A stretch of 64,000 nucleotides of DNA from the NCBI GenBank assembly GCA_030248215.1, contig JASANG010002570.1, positions 310,001 to 374,000 on the forward strand, read 5' to 3'. Below, piece by piece: positions 43,761 to 54,997 of this stretch (the first letter of the stretch is position 1; each line of letters starts with the position of its first letter). Under the pieces are notes generated by a model. The model made no database searches and was not told the DNA's origin. It saw nothing but the letters and a program-made list of their open reading frames with translations. Made by a program: the position numbers and the translations under genes. The DNA comes from Enoplolaimus lenunculus (taxonomy: Eukaryota).

Positions 43761-45863
43761 AATTAACATTTCACTATCGTAAATGGGTTTATTATTGCAG
43801 AAATTTTATGACAACGGTTACGCGATTGTCCCTACTTGGTTGCAGAAATCGTTGTGCTCAGAAGCCGAACCACAACGTGGAGTACGGCTTAAGAGCATTG
43901 AAATGGTATTCAAAAAATATATTTCTATATATACAGTTATATCTCAACTAAAACCATGGGCATAGCTAGGATATTTGTTTAAGGGGGGGGCACACAAATA
44001 TTTTAAACATATAGCGTGTTAATTAATTTTCAACAATTAGCATGTGCCGCAGGGTGCAGAAACGGAACTGGATTCTACAGGAATCAGAATCCTAACTGCA
44101 ACTTTGCCACAATACTTACAATTTGTATCAACAAATATATTAATATAGGGTATCTGTTTGCTGGCAACAATTTACAAAAACGTCGCATATTGGCGTTGTT
44201 TTTGGTTCTGTAATGCTAAACTACAATCAATTGTTTCATTTCAAAATAAAACGGTAGTTGTATTTGTTTAATAGAAGTTGAGATCGAGACGATATTTACG
44301 CGATTAAAGTATGATTAAATTAACATGGCAAAATTGCGATTCCGATCGGTTGTGCAATCGGAATCAAAATCGGAACTCATTTTGAATCGGAAATCTAACT
44401 GCGGCGTACTTTTGCAGATAAAGAATTCTTCAGTCGCTATAAAAGTGTCGGCAGCTTCAAAGGTTCGACTTCATTTTACGAGTAGAGCAGGTAAATTGTT
44501 GAATAACAACTTCAGTGGAAATAAATGGCGACACACTAAAAATATACTTAAAATTAACTAAAACTGTCGCCGAATTAAGTGTCGGTTTTACTTACTATGG
44601 TGCTTGGCAAAGTTTTACTTAATTTTATGCAAACACAAAATTTTTTAGCTTTATATTTACTTAATTAATCAGGAAATGACAGCAATAGTTTTACTTATTT
44701 ACATTATTTAAGCAAAGATTTATTCAATATTCAGTACACTTATACTTAAAAAATTCAGTAAAATATAACTATAGTATTTTAAGTAGAGCATTTTTACAGA
44801 GTACAAATGTTTTCAAGGATTACTAACGCAACGATAACGTGAGAATTGTGAATAGCACTGTGATACGTTTGTGCCACCATTTTGCGTCTGCTGATTGCCG
44901 TGTCTTTAGCTATTCCATGGCTTCAGAAACATGCATTATCAGATCTTTGGAAACCAAAACAGCAGTACGACGTTCAACGAGTCTTGTTTCACACAGACGA
45001 ACTATAATTGTTTACGCTTACTCGAAACGGTTTCATCTTTGCTAATTATACAGTAGTATCTTTGTTGAAGTGGTATAAATCACACGAAGACAAACCAAAT
45101 CAACTCATTCACAGGGTCTGCTTTAAGACAGTCGCCTCCCCAAACAGATTCAATGGGCCCTCAAAATAGAATGTTTTACAAATCTAACTTCGTGGTCAGC
45201 GAAAAAATTGTTTAGTTTGCCAAAATGGAGCCGCCCAAGGGTCAGCCCCCTAATTGGGGGTTTGGGAGGACACTTCCGCCGGCAATGCTCATTCAGATGG
45301 TCAACGCAAGCATTTATTAGTCAGTAGCAGTCTTCTAAACCAAATGTTTCTGTTATCCGACGTAGAAATTTAATAACGAATACCCGGATAAATATCCGGT
45401 AAACAATGCCGGATATCGGGATATGAAAAAACATCCGATGCCTATCTCACTACCGAACATAGTTTAAAGATGTTTTCAATGCCTTTTTATGTAAAAAATC
45501 ACCCATACGTGATCCAGGGAGAAAATAAATTTTGGTACATATACCACTACAGCAGTGTCGGTTCAGTTAATAAGAAAACATCAACAACTAGTGTGTAGGA
45601 ATGATGCGCACATGAAATCCTAGTTTCAGTTTATTCAAAAACGAAGTTACCCTAAGCCATTGTGGGCCATGGCTCCCTTGGTCCCTTAACTACGCCGATG
45701 ACTAAAACACTATTGGTTTACACAAAACTACTACCTATATATTATATATATGTATGGCTCGCCAATCAAAATTCGTGTTTCGTCGTCCGGCTATAGGTAA
45801 AAAGTTCAAACTGAAATACACTTATCTCTACAAGAAGGAGTACAATATGAAATATTTCTCGAC

Positions 45864-46133
45864 TTAACTCTTTCTCACATGAATATTTTCTATTACCCGT
45901 GAGACCTACTTATATGCTTGGATTAGAACTCCAGTGACTGGAGTGGGAGGCGTATACCATCACCACTCAGCAATAGGAGCTTGACGCTCGAGCCCGAGGC
46001 GCTCTCACGTCTTGTGGTGATTTAGTACTATGTATACGTGTTGCAATTGTTAAACACGGTGCGATATATATTATTTAACGTATATACACTACGCTGAGTT
46101 GCCTATAGGCAACTCAATGTGACAAGTTGTTAA
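45864..46133 (-). mobile_element. piggyBac-type tRNA-like MITE, inverted copy
   Basis: Reverse complement of 38095-38362, flanked by TTAA on both sides. Confidence 0.85.
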
Positions 46134-48462
46134 ACTGAGTCCGCAAAATTAGCCTGTTCTGCCATAAACCACAAGTCATGGCAATAATCGTCTTTTAGGG
46201 AGCCGAAAAGATATGAGAATATGAGCAACGCTACAGAATAGCAGGCACATTTAATTTACTGCCTCAGTATCAATGCAGCAATTGTTCATGTTTTAGTGGA
46301 AAAAAGTCGGCGTTATGGTATGTTCAAGACATTCCAGGTTGGAGCAAATGTTTGCCCCATGTGAAGATCAGGTGCCGAACATTATTCTGTGGTACTGTAA
46401 CAGAGCAAGCTTAAGCTTTAGACAAAATTTTTGCTTGGTTTAGGCTTAGGCTTAGGAATGTGCTCATTCTGACGCTTTAGGCTTAGGCTTAGGCTTAGTA
46501 ATATGCTCATTCTTACGCTTAGGCTTAGGCTTAGTAATATGCTCATTCTTACGCTTAGGCTTTAGGCTTAGGCTTAGGAATGTGCTCATTCTTACGCTTA
46601 GGCTTAGGAATATAGTTATAATACTGTTCCGCTCCTGTTCTTTACATTGGACCGAAGTCCTATATATTTTCAATTCGCTCTAGAGTGATTGCCGAACCCT
46701 TTTCCCATAGTGAAATTTTAATTTATATACTTTCAAACGATTAGCATTACAGCTCTGATCTCTTACCGATGTCTTACATTTGTTGTTTGATAATATATAT
46801 ATGTATGTATATATACATATATATGTATATATGTAAATGTATACATATATATGTATATATATTATATATATTAACGATATCGTTTAAATTACATTTATTG
46901 CAATTTTTTAGCAATTAGTTTTGTGTGCAACTGCACATTTTACAACTGCTAAAATGCTTATCTTCCAACTTTGCTAAAAGTTGCACAAACTTTATATTCA
47001 GCAGTTTTTAGCTGAGTTCAGCTGTCATGTTTAATAGCAACAGGTTCGTGTTGTACCTTCCATAGTTAAAACGCGAACCTGTAATTGGTAAATTATGAGG
47101 CTTGGTAAATTATGTGGCTCGAAGTATACTTGCAACCAATGGGAACGTTTTGTCAAAACCGACACCAGATACTGAGCCAGACCTGATGATTTTGTCGTTC
47201 AAATTTCGTGTCCGGGTCCGGAATGGCTAAACTATCCGGATCCGTACCCGTTGTTTTTCACGAAGTAATCTTGAACACGTTTATGTACACTATTGACCCG
47301 AATAAGAGGGGGGTAATAAGAGGGGGTCCCCATGTTGAGTCCGAATCATTAGTAGTCCGGCATTATCGCTCAAGCTATTGACACCAGACAAATAAACGTT
47401 TAATTTAACGGTTAATTGCAGTATCGGATATTATCAGTAACGAAGGATGGCGGAGCGCGGGTTAAAAATAAATAACAGTCCGTAACCGAAAAACAAGGGG
47501 TACCCTCTGGAGAGGCCAAATAAATATCAGTCCCCCCTCTTATTCGGGTCACTACAGTAATGTGTATAAATTCAGTGGAACTGCAATAGAGTGAGCTTAA
47601 GCTTTTTGCTTGGCTTAGGCTTAGGCTTAGGCTTATGCTTAGGAATATGCTCGTTCTTACGCTTAGGCTTAGGCCTAGGCTTATGCTTAGGAATATGCTC
47701 GTTCTTACGCTTAGGCTTAGGTTTAGGCTTAGGCTTTGGAATATGCCTATAATACTGTTCCGCCTTACATTGGCCAAAATGCTGAACGCTGAGAAATTCT
47801 CGATTGCGACCGTTGAACGAGGACAGATTGAATTTGATGACCGTCGCAGAATGAAGTATCCACCCATACAATATCGAACCTTCCCGATACTCAGCTATCT
47901 CGGCAGTGGTCAAACTGTTCGCAACCACCAGGGTGCAACTGGACGTCTGCCTCCGGCTCCGACTCCGGCAGAAAATCAACCTTCGGCTTTGGTAGAATTT
48001 CTGCCAGACGTTCCGGCAATTTCGATAATAAAAGTTCGCATAGTTTTGCAGAATTTCTTTGTTTGGTGCATTTCGTTTTAACTTTTGACACAATTTATAC
48101 GAAAAAACTGCTGAGATTTCGAAACCAATAAACGCAAAACCAAAAAATTTAAAACACCTTACAGATATTTACTAAAAATTAGCAAATTAAACATCATTTT
48201 AACTAATTTCGGCTCACCTCCAGCTTCATCTAAAGCTCAGGCTCTGGCAAATTTTGTTAACCTCCGGCTCTGATTCACCTCCGATTGCACTCTGCTTCCT
48301 ACGCATCATTTAATAAAAAGGCGCCTCGCGAGCGAAGAACAAACGATATTTTCTGTATTAATTTCAGTGCAACGTTTTTAATTTTGAAATGTGACCATTT
48401 GAAGAAATACATTTAAAATAGTTCATTCTTATTTCAGTTATTTCATTAGAGTATTTTTGTGA

Positions 48463-48775
48463 TACCCGGACCCGGAATTTTTCTGGCTTTGAAAACCCGG
48501 ACTCAGATTTTTTTGCTTTTAAAAACCTGGAATTTTTTTGTTTTTGAATTCCGGGACCGGAATTTTTTGTTTTTGAATTACGGGGCCGGAATTTTTGGTT
48601 TTTGAAAACCCCAACCCGGATTTTTTTGCTTTTGAAAACCCGGACCTCGGATTTTTTCGATTTTGAAAACCCGGACTCGGAATTTTTTGTTTTTGAATTC
48701 CGGGCCCAGCAATTTTGGCTTTTGAGAACCCGGAATTTTTTGTTTTTGAAAACCAGGAACCGGATTTTTTCAAAA
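48463..48775. repeat. Degenerate tandem repeat of about 30 bp (AAAACCCGGA..GGAATTTTTTGTTTTTG) upstream of the MFS gene
   Basis: About 10 diverged units; these explain the repetitive ORFs 48364-48798 and 48519-48890. Confidence 0.85.
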
Positions 48776-49232
48776 TGAAATGCTGAGCCAAGACGCAAAA
48801 TTTTTCAGAGAAAATACCTGGATCATCCGGAGTATATACCCGGAATCGGACCCGCATGCAGTCGCATTTCATTTGCGGTTCGCAATACACGTTGTTTCGT
48901 TCAGGACTAGGACGGAAGTTTAAGGCGAATTTTAACTGATTGCAGAAGAAAGCTTAAAGTGCCTACCGCGGCCGTGTTTTTTACGCTCACAACTCAAACC
49001 AGCTCGACTCGACCTAAACTTCGCTATGCATTTAGCTGTGAAACATTATCCACGGCCTCAAACTTTAAGGTCACCATTTTCTGTTTCAAAAATTATAATC
49101 CGAGATTTGCGATTTATAAAATTATACAGTTTTAGTATAATTTTATAGAATATATAATCGTTAAACTTGCGACAAAAGCTTATTAATATTTGAACCATGA
49201 TTTTAAATTAAACCAATGAAATTCGTTCAAAA

Positions 49233-51485
49233 ATGTCCGAAAAAGACGAAAAACAGCCGTTATTGGTCAGCTCGCATCAAGAACAGTCACCTAACGATAC
49301 ACAACGGCGAAACGACCGTTTACGATGGATTTGCATCTACATCACTTACCTGGGAACTTTCACACGATTTATTCAAACTTCAATCTACTGGGCATCGCTT
49401 TGGCCGTATCTGACTCAAGTAGACCCTACAACCCCTGAAAGCTATTTCGGTCTGATCATTTCGGCGTACAGCCTCGGATCCGTCGTCTCCGCTCCGGCGT
49501 TGGGATTTGTGTCCAACCGGCTCCGATCCACAAAATGGCCCATCGTTTTTGGGTTCGTCGTGAACATTTTCGGGAATACGCTGATGGCGTTTGTCGAAGC
49601 GATCCCGGGGCCGGTTTCAAATCGCCGGTTCATTATGTTGGCCGCCCGATTTATTGCCGGCGTCGGAGCCGGCAATAACGGGGTCGCGTTAGCGTTTCTT
49701 GCGTATGCTTCGACGACGCAAGAACGTAATATCGTCATGGGATACCAAGCTGCAACTCTGTCGGCAGCTGTGCTCTTAGGCCCAGGAATTGCCGCTGCGT
49801 TATCGCCAGTAGGTTATCCGGGTAAAGTCTTCGGCCCCCTACGGTTTGATATGTATACTTTGGAAGCGTGGGTGAGTGTTTTGATTTCACTAATTTGCGT
49901 CACACTGTATCTGACAGTGTATAAAGAGTTCAATCTTGCTCAAAATTCCGAAAAACAAGCTGAAGAAACAAAGAATGCCTTAACTGCAACCTTTGAATGT
50001 AAAGATGATTCAGATATGGCTGTAGGAGGCGAAAATGGTTTGGGATCAAGTGGATATTTGAGTAAAGGAGACACCATTGAAAGTGAAACCAGTCCAACCG
50101 AAGGAATCCTGGCACAAATTGACGAAAGTTTGTCAACAGAAGAAACGCAACAAACAACAGCGCTGAAACCAGCGCTCAAACCAAGTTCTGATGCTAAAAC
50201 TGGAACAAAACAACGAGCAAAATCAGTCGCTGAACATGGACGACTACGACGTGTGAGCATTCAAGAAGACCGATTTCCACCGCCGCCACCTTTGAATTAT
50301 CGTACATTTGGGGAACAGTTGGATAGAAGCGGCAAAGATCAAAGCGGCAACAATCAGAGCGACAAACACGCAAGTGGCAACGATCAAACCGACAAACATC
50401 AAAGCAGCAAAGATCAAAGCAACAAATATCGAAGCGGCAACGATCAAAGCGTCATACATCCAAGCGGTAAAGATCAAGGAGAAACAAAAAGTGGAACAGC
50501 AACAAAAACATCAAAAACAACGCCGACAGTGGATAGTATAGCCGCCTTTAATTGTATCATGGTACGGTTTGTAATGCTTTTCTGTGTGGTCTATCAAGAT
50601 ACAGTTGGAGCTCCTTTTTCGATGGCGATGTTCGGATGGAATCAAGCCGAAGCAGTGTTGTATAACGGAATTATTCAAGCTTGCGCTGGTATTGTAGATT
50701 TTGCCGGAAACATATTGGTCGGAGTTTGTTTGTTGCGATATGTTCGCGAGCGCACTACCATAATGATAGGCATCCCTTGTTTCGCGCTGTTCTTCTTGAT
50801 ATCGTTCTCGTGGCCCGGACTACCGGGATTCGATCCGGTGACCCCCGCCAACGCGACCGACCTTGCGTTGCAAACGAACGTAACCACTGCGCCAGCGGAT
50901 GCTGCTCTTGGCTGCATTTACACATGGTGCGTGTACACAACACGTGTGAGTCTTGCGCAATACTTGATCGCGTACGTATTTTTCGTATCTGCGTTTTCGA
51001 TTGCATTTACGCCGACAAGTGTATTGTTTTCAAAAATCATCGGATCCCAAAAACAAGGCACATGGCAAGGTGTATTTACTGCTTCCGGCAGTTTAGCGAT
51101 GACTATAAGTCCAGTCCTTGTTTCGACTCTATTTCAAATCGGTGGACCTCGTATTTGTTGGGGTATTGCACTTGCAATAATTGCAACTGCACTTATTACG
51201 TTGATGTGCAGTTTTCGTCATTTGTTACCACCGGAAGATGAAGACGTCGGCGCTGACGAAGACTTTTTCTACTCGGATTCAGCAGTTGAGCCCGAGCCAT
51301 TGAAGGCGCCGCCTGTGGATTTTGAACGCCGTCTTTCCACCATCGAACGCTTCGCGAGGAGTGCAAGCATCGCTGTACCGAAACCAACACGAAAAGCATC
51401 AAATGTTCGTCGATTTTCACGATATCAGTTGTTCGAAGAAGATATCCTGCAACAACATCAGCCACAAGAACAGTCGTTGAATTAA
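49233..51485 (+). CDS. Major facilitator superfamily transporter, MFSD8/CLN7-like, intronless, 750 aa
   Basis: Single long ORF with two bundles of about six hydrophobic segments; SLWPYL..DP, G.IISAYSLG, ARFIAGVGAG, LFSKIIG..QGTWQG motifs; N-terminal EKQPLL dileucine lysosomal signal as in MFSD8. Confidence 0.9.
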   Translation: MSEKDEKQPLLVSSHQEQSPNDTQRRNDRLRWICIYITYLGTFTRFIQTSIYWASLWPYLTQVDPTTPESYFGLIISAYSLGSVVSAPALGFVSNRLRSTKWPIVFGFVVNIFGNTLMAFVEAIPGPVSNRRFIMLAARFIAGVGAGNNGVALAFLAYASTTQERNIVMGYQAATLSAAVLLGPGIAAALSPVGYPGKVFGPLRFDMYTLEAWVSVLISLICVTLYLTVYKEFNLAQNSEKQAEETKNALTATFECKDDSDMAVGGENGLGSSGYLSKGDTIESETSPTEGILAQIDESLSTEETQQTTALKPALKPSSDAKTGTKQRAKSVAEHGRLRRVSIQEDRFPPPPPLNYRTFGEQLDRSGKDQSGNNQSDKHASGNDQTDKHQSSKDQSNKYRSGNDQSVIHPSGKDQGETKSGTATKTSKTTPTVDSIAAFNCIMVRFVMLFCVVYQDTVGAPFSMAMFGWNQAEAVLYNGIIQACAGIVDFAGNILVGVCLLRYVRERTTIMIGIPCFALFFLISFSWPGLPGFDPVTPANATDLALQTNVTTAPADAALGCIYTWCVYTTRVSLAQYLIAYVFFVSAFSIAFTPTSVLFSKIIGSQKQGTWQGVFTASGSLAMTISPVLVSTLFQIGGPRICWGIALAIIATALITLMCSFRHLLPPEDEDVGADEDFFYSDSAVEPEPLKAPPVDFERRLSTIERFARSASIAVPKPTRKASNVRRFSRYQLFEEDILQQHQPQEQSLN

Positions 51486-51539
51486 TATTCTTAATGTATA
51501 TTTCACCATAAAACTTGGCGTACGCCAAATCACAATTTT

Positions 51540-51836
51540 GGCCTATGTTACTTTAAGGGGCGTAACAGTAGATTAAGCGTATTCCTAAGCGTAAGCCTAA
51601 GCCTAAGCGTTGCAAAATGGTGTTCCTAAGCCTAAGCCTAAGCCTAAGCCTAAGCCTAAGCGTAAGCGTAAGCCTAAGCGTTGCAAAAATGCGTTCCTAA
51701 GCCTAGGCCTAAGCCTAAGCCAAAGCCTAAACCAAAGCCTAAACCTAAGCGTAAGCAAAAAATGTAATCTATAATAAAAATCTACTCTTTTATGGACCCA
51801 CCAGGAACTTGGACGCCGATTAAAGTAACATGGGCT
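51540..51836. mobile_element. GGCC-ended MITE carrying telomeric (GCCTAA)n, subfamily with ATGTTACTTTAA ends
   Basis: 8-bp TSD ACAATTTT. Related copies at about 27251-27462, 32364-32763 (TSD CATTTTTC), 40575-40752, 42647-42788 and 60331-60534. Confidence 0.88.
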
Positions 51837-52091
51837 ACAATTTTCATGGAACTGTCAGGTACTGGATCGTCCTTTTTGCTGGATTATTAAGTGACAATAT
51901 CAACAACTCGTAGAATCACTTGCAATATTGCTTATTGTAAGCTGGTAATTTCAAAAATATGCTTTGAGTTAATAGTTCATGAAGCTGAAGTAGTAAAGTG
52001 GTTAGCTTCACTTACACAGGATCGCATATATAAGCAGTAGTTGTGATTTTTTTCGTTATTTTCTTTGATCAGATTTAAAATTATACGTATA

Positions 52092-52362
52092 TTAACCCCT
52101 TCTCACATTGAGTTGCCTATAGGCAACTCAGCGCAGTGTATATACGTTAAATAATATGTATCGCACCGCGTTTAACAATTGCAACACGTATGCATAGTAC
52201 TAAATCACCACAAGACGTGAGAGCTTCCTCGGGCTCGAGCGTCAAGCTCCTATAGCTGAGTGGTGATGGTATACGCCTCCCACTCCAGTCACTGGAGTTC
52301 GAATCCTAGCATAAAAGTAGGTCTCATGGGAAATACAAAATATTCATGTGAGAAAGGGTAAA
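52092..52362 (+). mobile_element. piggyBac-type tRNA-like MITE
   Basis: TTAACCCCTTCTCACAT...ATGTGAGAAAGGGTAAA; A box at about 52253-52263, B box at about 52296-52306. Confidence 0.87.
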
Positions 52363-52675
52363 GCGAAAAATTTTCAGTTTATATACTATCTTTAATTCGT
52401 TAGAAAAAGGTATTCTCTTACAGCATCAGCAACCTAAAGAACCGCACTGAACTATTTAAAACAAATGACACGGATTATAGCTTGCAACAAATATGAAATC
52501 AACCTTTCCAGCAGTAAATTGAGTATTAATGGCGTTACACTTATCGTACGGCGCTGTGTGTCATCATACGGCATCGCACCAAAGTTGATTTATAGCTAAG
52601 AAAAAGCACTGCGCTTTGCGACTCATGCTTGGACTAGAAAGTTACACCTCCGCTGTGCAAGTAAACATTATTAGA

Positions 52676-52989
52676 GGCCGATGTATAGAACAGGACCAGA
52701 AGGTATTCCGGCAGGACTGTAATAAAGTACGCTGCAGCTTTAGACTATTTTTTGGCTTAGGCTTAGGCTTAGGCTTAGGCTTAGGCTTAGGCTTAGGCTT
52801 AGGCTTAGGCTTTAGGCTTAGGCTTAGGCTTAGGCTTAGGCTTAGGCTTAGGCTTTAGGCTTAGGCTTAGGCTTTAGGCTTAGGCTTAGGCTTTAGGCTT
52901 AGGCTTAGTCTTAGGCTTAGGCTTAGGCTTAGGTTTAGGCTTAGAAATATGCTTATACTACTGTTCCGTCCCTGTTTTATACATTGGCC
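52676..52989. mobile_element. GGCC-ended MITE with the longest near-pure interstitial (TTAGGC)n tract (about 52754-52943)
   Basis: GGCCGATGTATAGAACAGG...CCTGTTTTATACATTGGCC enclosing about 30 TTAGGC units with a few TTTAGGC variants. Confidence 0.9.
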
Positions 52990-53849
52990 GAAAAACTTAT
53001 CTTATATTAAAAGGTAACGCATTTTCTGTGACTCAAATGGTCTATTTTTAACCATTTTTGACTCCAGATTTCATTCTGAAAACAGCTTTGTTTTCAAGTT
53101 TCATTTTATGCCTCAGGGATTGCTGTCTAAAAAATTGACAGAAATGTCTGATTCAGTTAAAAGTTACAGTGAAATATATAGATTGATTAGCAGTCATCTA
53201 GTGTTGCCTACTGGACGGGTTGATATTTGTTGTGCCTGACCAGAAAGAGGTACTCAGTCTTCTTGCTGTTCGGTTACGGACTGTTATTTATTTTTCAATC
53301 TACCGTCCTGGTATTTGGACCGCCACCTTTGGTTATATGCCATTAGTAGGTGATTTAGCGGGGCGGGAGGCGTATGCTCCGCCGCCAGAAATAAATTGAT
53401 AAAATATTGGTAAGGACTACCACAAACTGAGTCAAGTTCGACTCCGCCAGAGTCAAATTAGACTCATTGAGTCGCACGTTTAACTCTGGCGGAGTCGAAT
53501 TTAACTCTGGCGTAGTTGAATTTGAAACAGTTTGCGTAGTCCTAAAAAGCCTATTTCGGACAGAGTCAATTTGACTCACCATTTTTGCCGTGTATAAATT
53601 TGCATAAATCTGTACTGGTCGGCGCTATAGACCTGTTAACAAGTTCGCCTACGGCGTTCCACTTTGCTAAGAAAGCCGCCTGGTCGCAGGAGAATTTTCG
53701 CGTTTCTGTAGACGTCCCGGATTTCCATCTGGTGTAATCAGTGGATCCAAGCGAAAAATGCGGCCCATGTATAGATCAGGGGCTTCCACTTTTCCAGGGT
53801 GGAAAACTTACGACCAGGAGTGCATCGCAGCCACTCCTGTATGACGACC

Positions 53850-54480
53850 TGATTTTTCACTGGTTGGTAGGAAAAATCGCGGGCATAGGTTTTGCTGTGG
53901 AAAAGTGGAAAATTTATAAGCCTGCATATTCCCTGGTTCGGTAGGGAAAATCTGTAGTGTAAAGTTAGTTTGGAAAACGGGAAAAATGGAAATCTTAAAA
54001 GCTTACATTATTCCTGGGTTGGTAGGGAAAATTTGAAGCGTAGGTTTTGGTTGGAAAACGGGAAAAGTGGAAAATTTGAACGCCTTGATTTTCCCTTGGT
54101 TGGTAGGGAAAATCTGTAGTGTAAAAGTTTGTTTGGAAAACGGGAAAAGTGGAAATTTTAAAAGCTTACATTATTCCTGGGTTGGTAGGGAAAATTTGAA
54201 GGATAGGTTTTGGTTGGAAAACGGGAAAAGTGGAAAATTTAAACGCCTAGATTTTCCCTTGGTTGGTAGGGAAAATCTGCAGCATAGGTTTTGGTTGGAA
54301 AACGGGAAAATTGGAAAATTTAAACGCCTAAATTTACCCTGGGTTGGTAGGAAAATTCTGAAGCATTGGTTTTTAAAACGGGAAAAGTGGAAAATTTCTA
54401 CGTCTAGATTTCCCCTTGGTTGGAAGGGAAAATTTAAAGCATAGGTTTTGTTTGGAAAATGGGAAAAGTAGAAAATTCCA
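53850..54480. repeat. Same 81-bp satellite in inverted orientation, about 8 diverged copies (left arm)
   Basis: GGTTGGTAGGGAAAAT..AGCATAGGTTTTGGTTGGAAAACGGGAAAAGTGGAAAATT is the reverse complement of the right-arm unit. Confidence 0.92.
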
Positions 54481-54997
54481 ATGGAACGATTTAACAGCAT
54501 CTAGCAGATATTTGCTAAAATTAAGTTAAATATCATTTTAACGACCTGATTTCACCTCACCTGAGGCATCATCTCCGGTTCCGGCTACTTTTGTTCACTT
54601 CCGGCTCCGGATCTGGCATTTTTCACCTCCGGTTGCATCCTACAAACTAACAGGCAATATATTTCGACACTGGTCAAAACAAGAAACCGCGGAGCGGAAC
54701 AGTGCAATGAACAAAATCTACTTTACGCAGTTAAACCTAAATGAGCAGAGCATTTACCCGAAATAATACATGTCTATTAAATATATCAGATTATGATAGT
54801 CTCAGCACAAGATTGGGCAAAACAAGATACCATCGAGTGGCCCAGTATTATCAGAACATAAGTCTGTTAACAAAGTCGACGCTTTGAGTGACGCCTTAAG
54901 GTTTTAAAAAAGTTTTAATTTGTTTTAAAGACGTTGTTGGCTAATCGCCGGAAAGCCGAGCAAACATAAATATATCAAATTTGGTCGTCGCTGACTT

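Noticed and set aside
47412..48890. Cluster of 120-170 aa ORFs (KPKPKP, LSLSLS, SGFSK repeats)
   Set aside because: They run across TTAGGC MITE, hAT-like MITE and 30-bp repeat sequence; low-complexity translations.
52754..52943. Possible true telomere, chromosome fusion scar or DNA-elimination healing site
   Set aside because: The tract is short, single-orientation and enclosed by MITE termini shared with many other copies.
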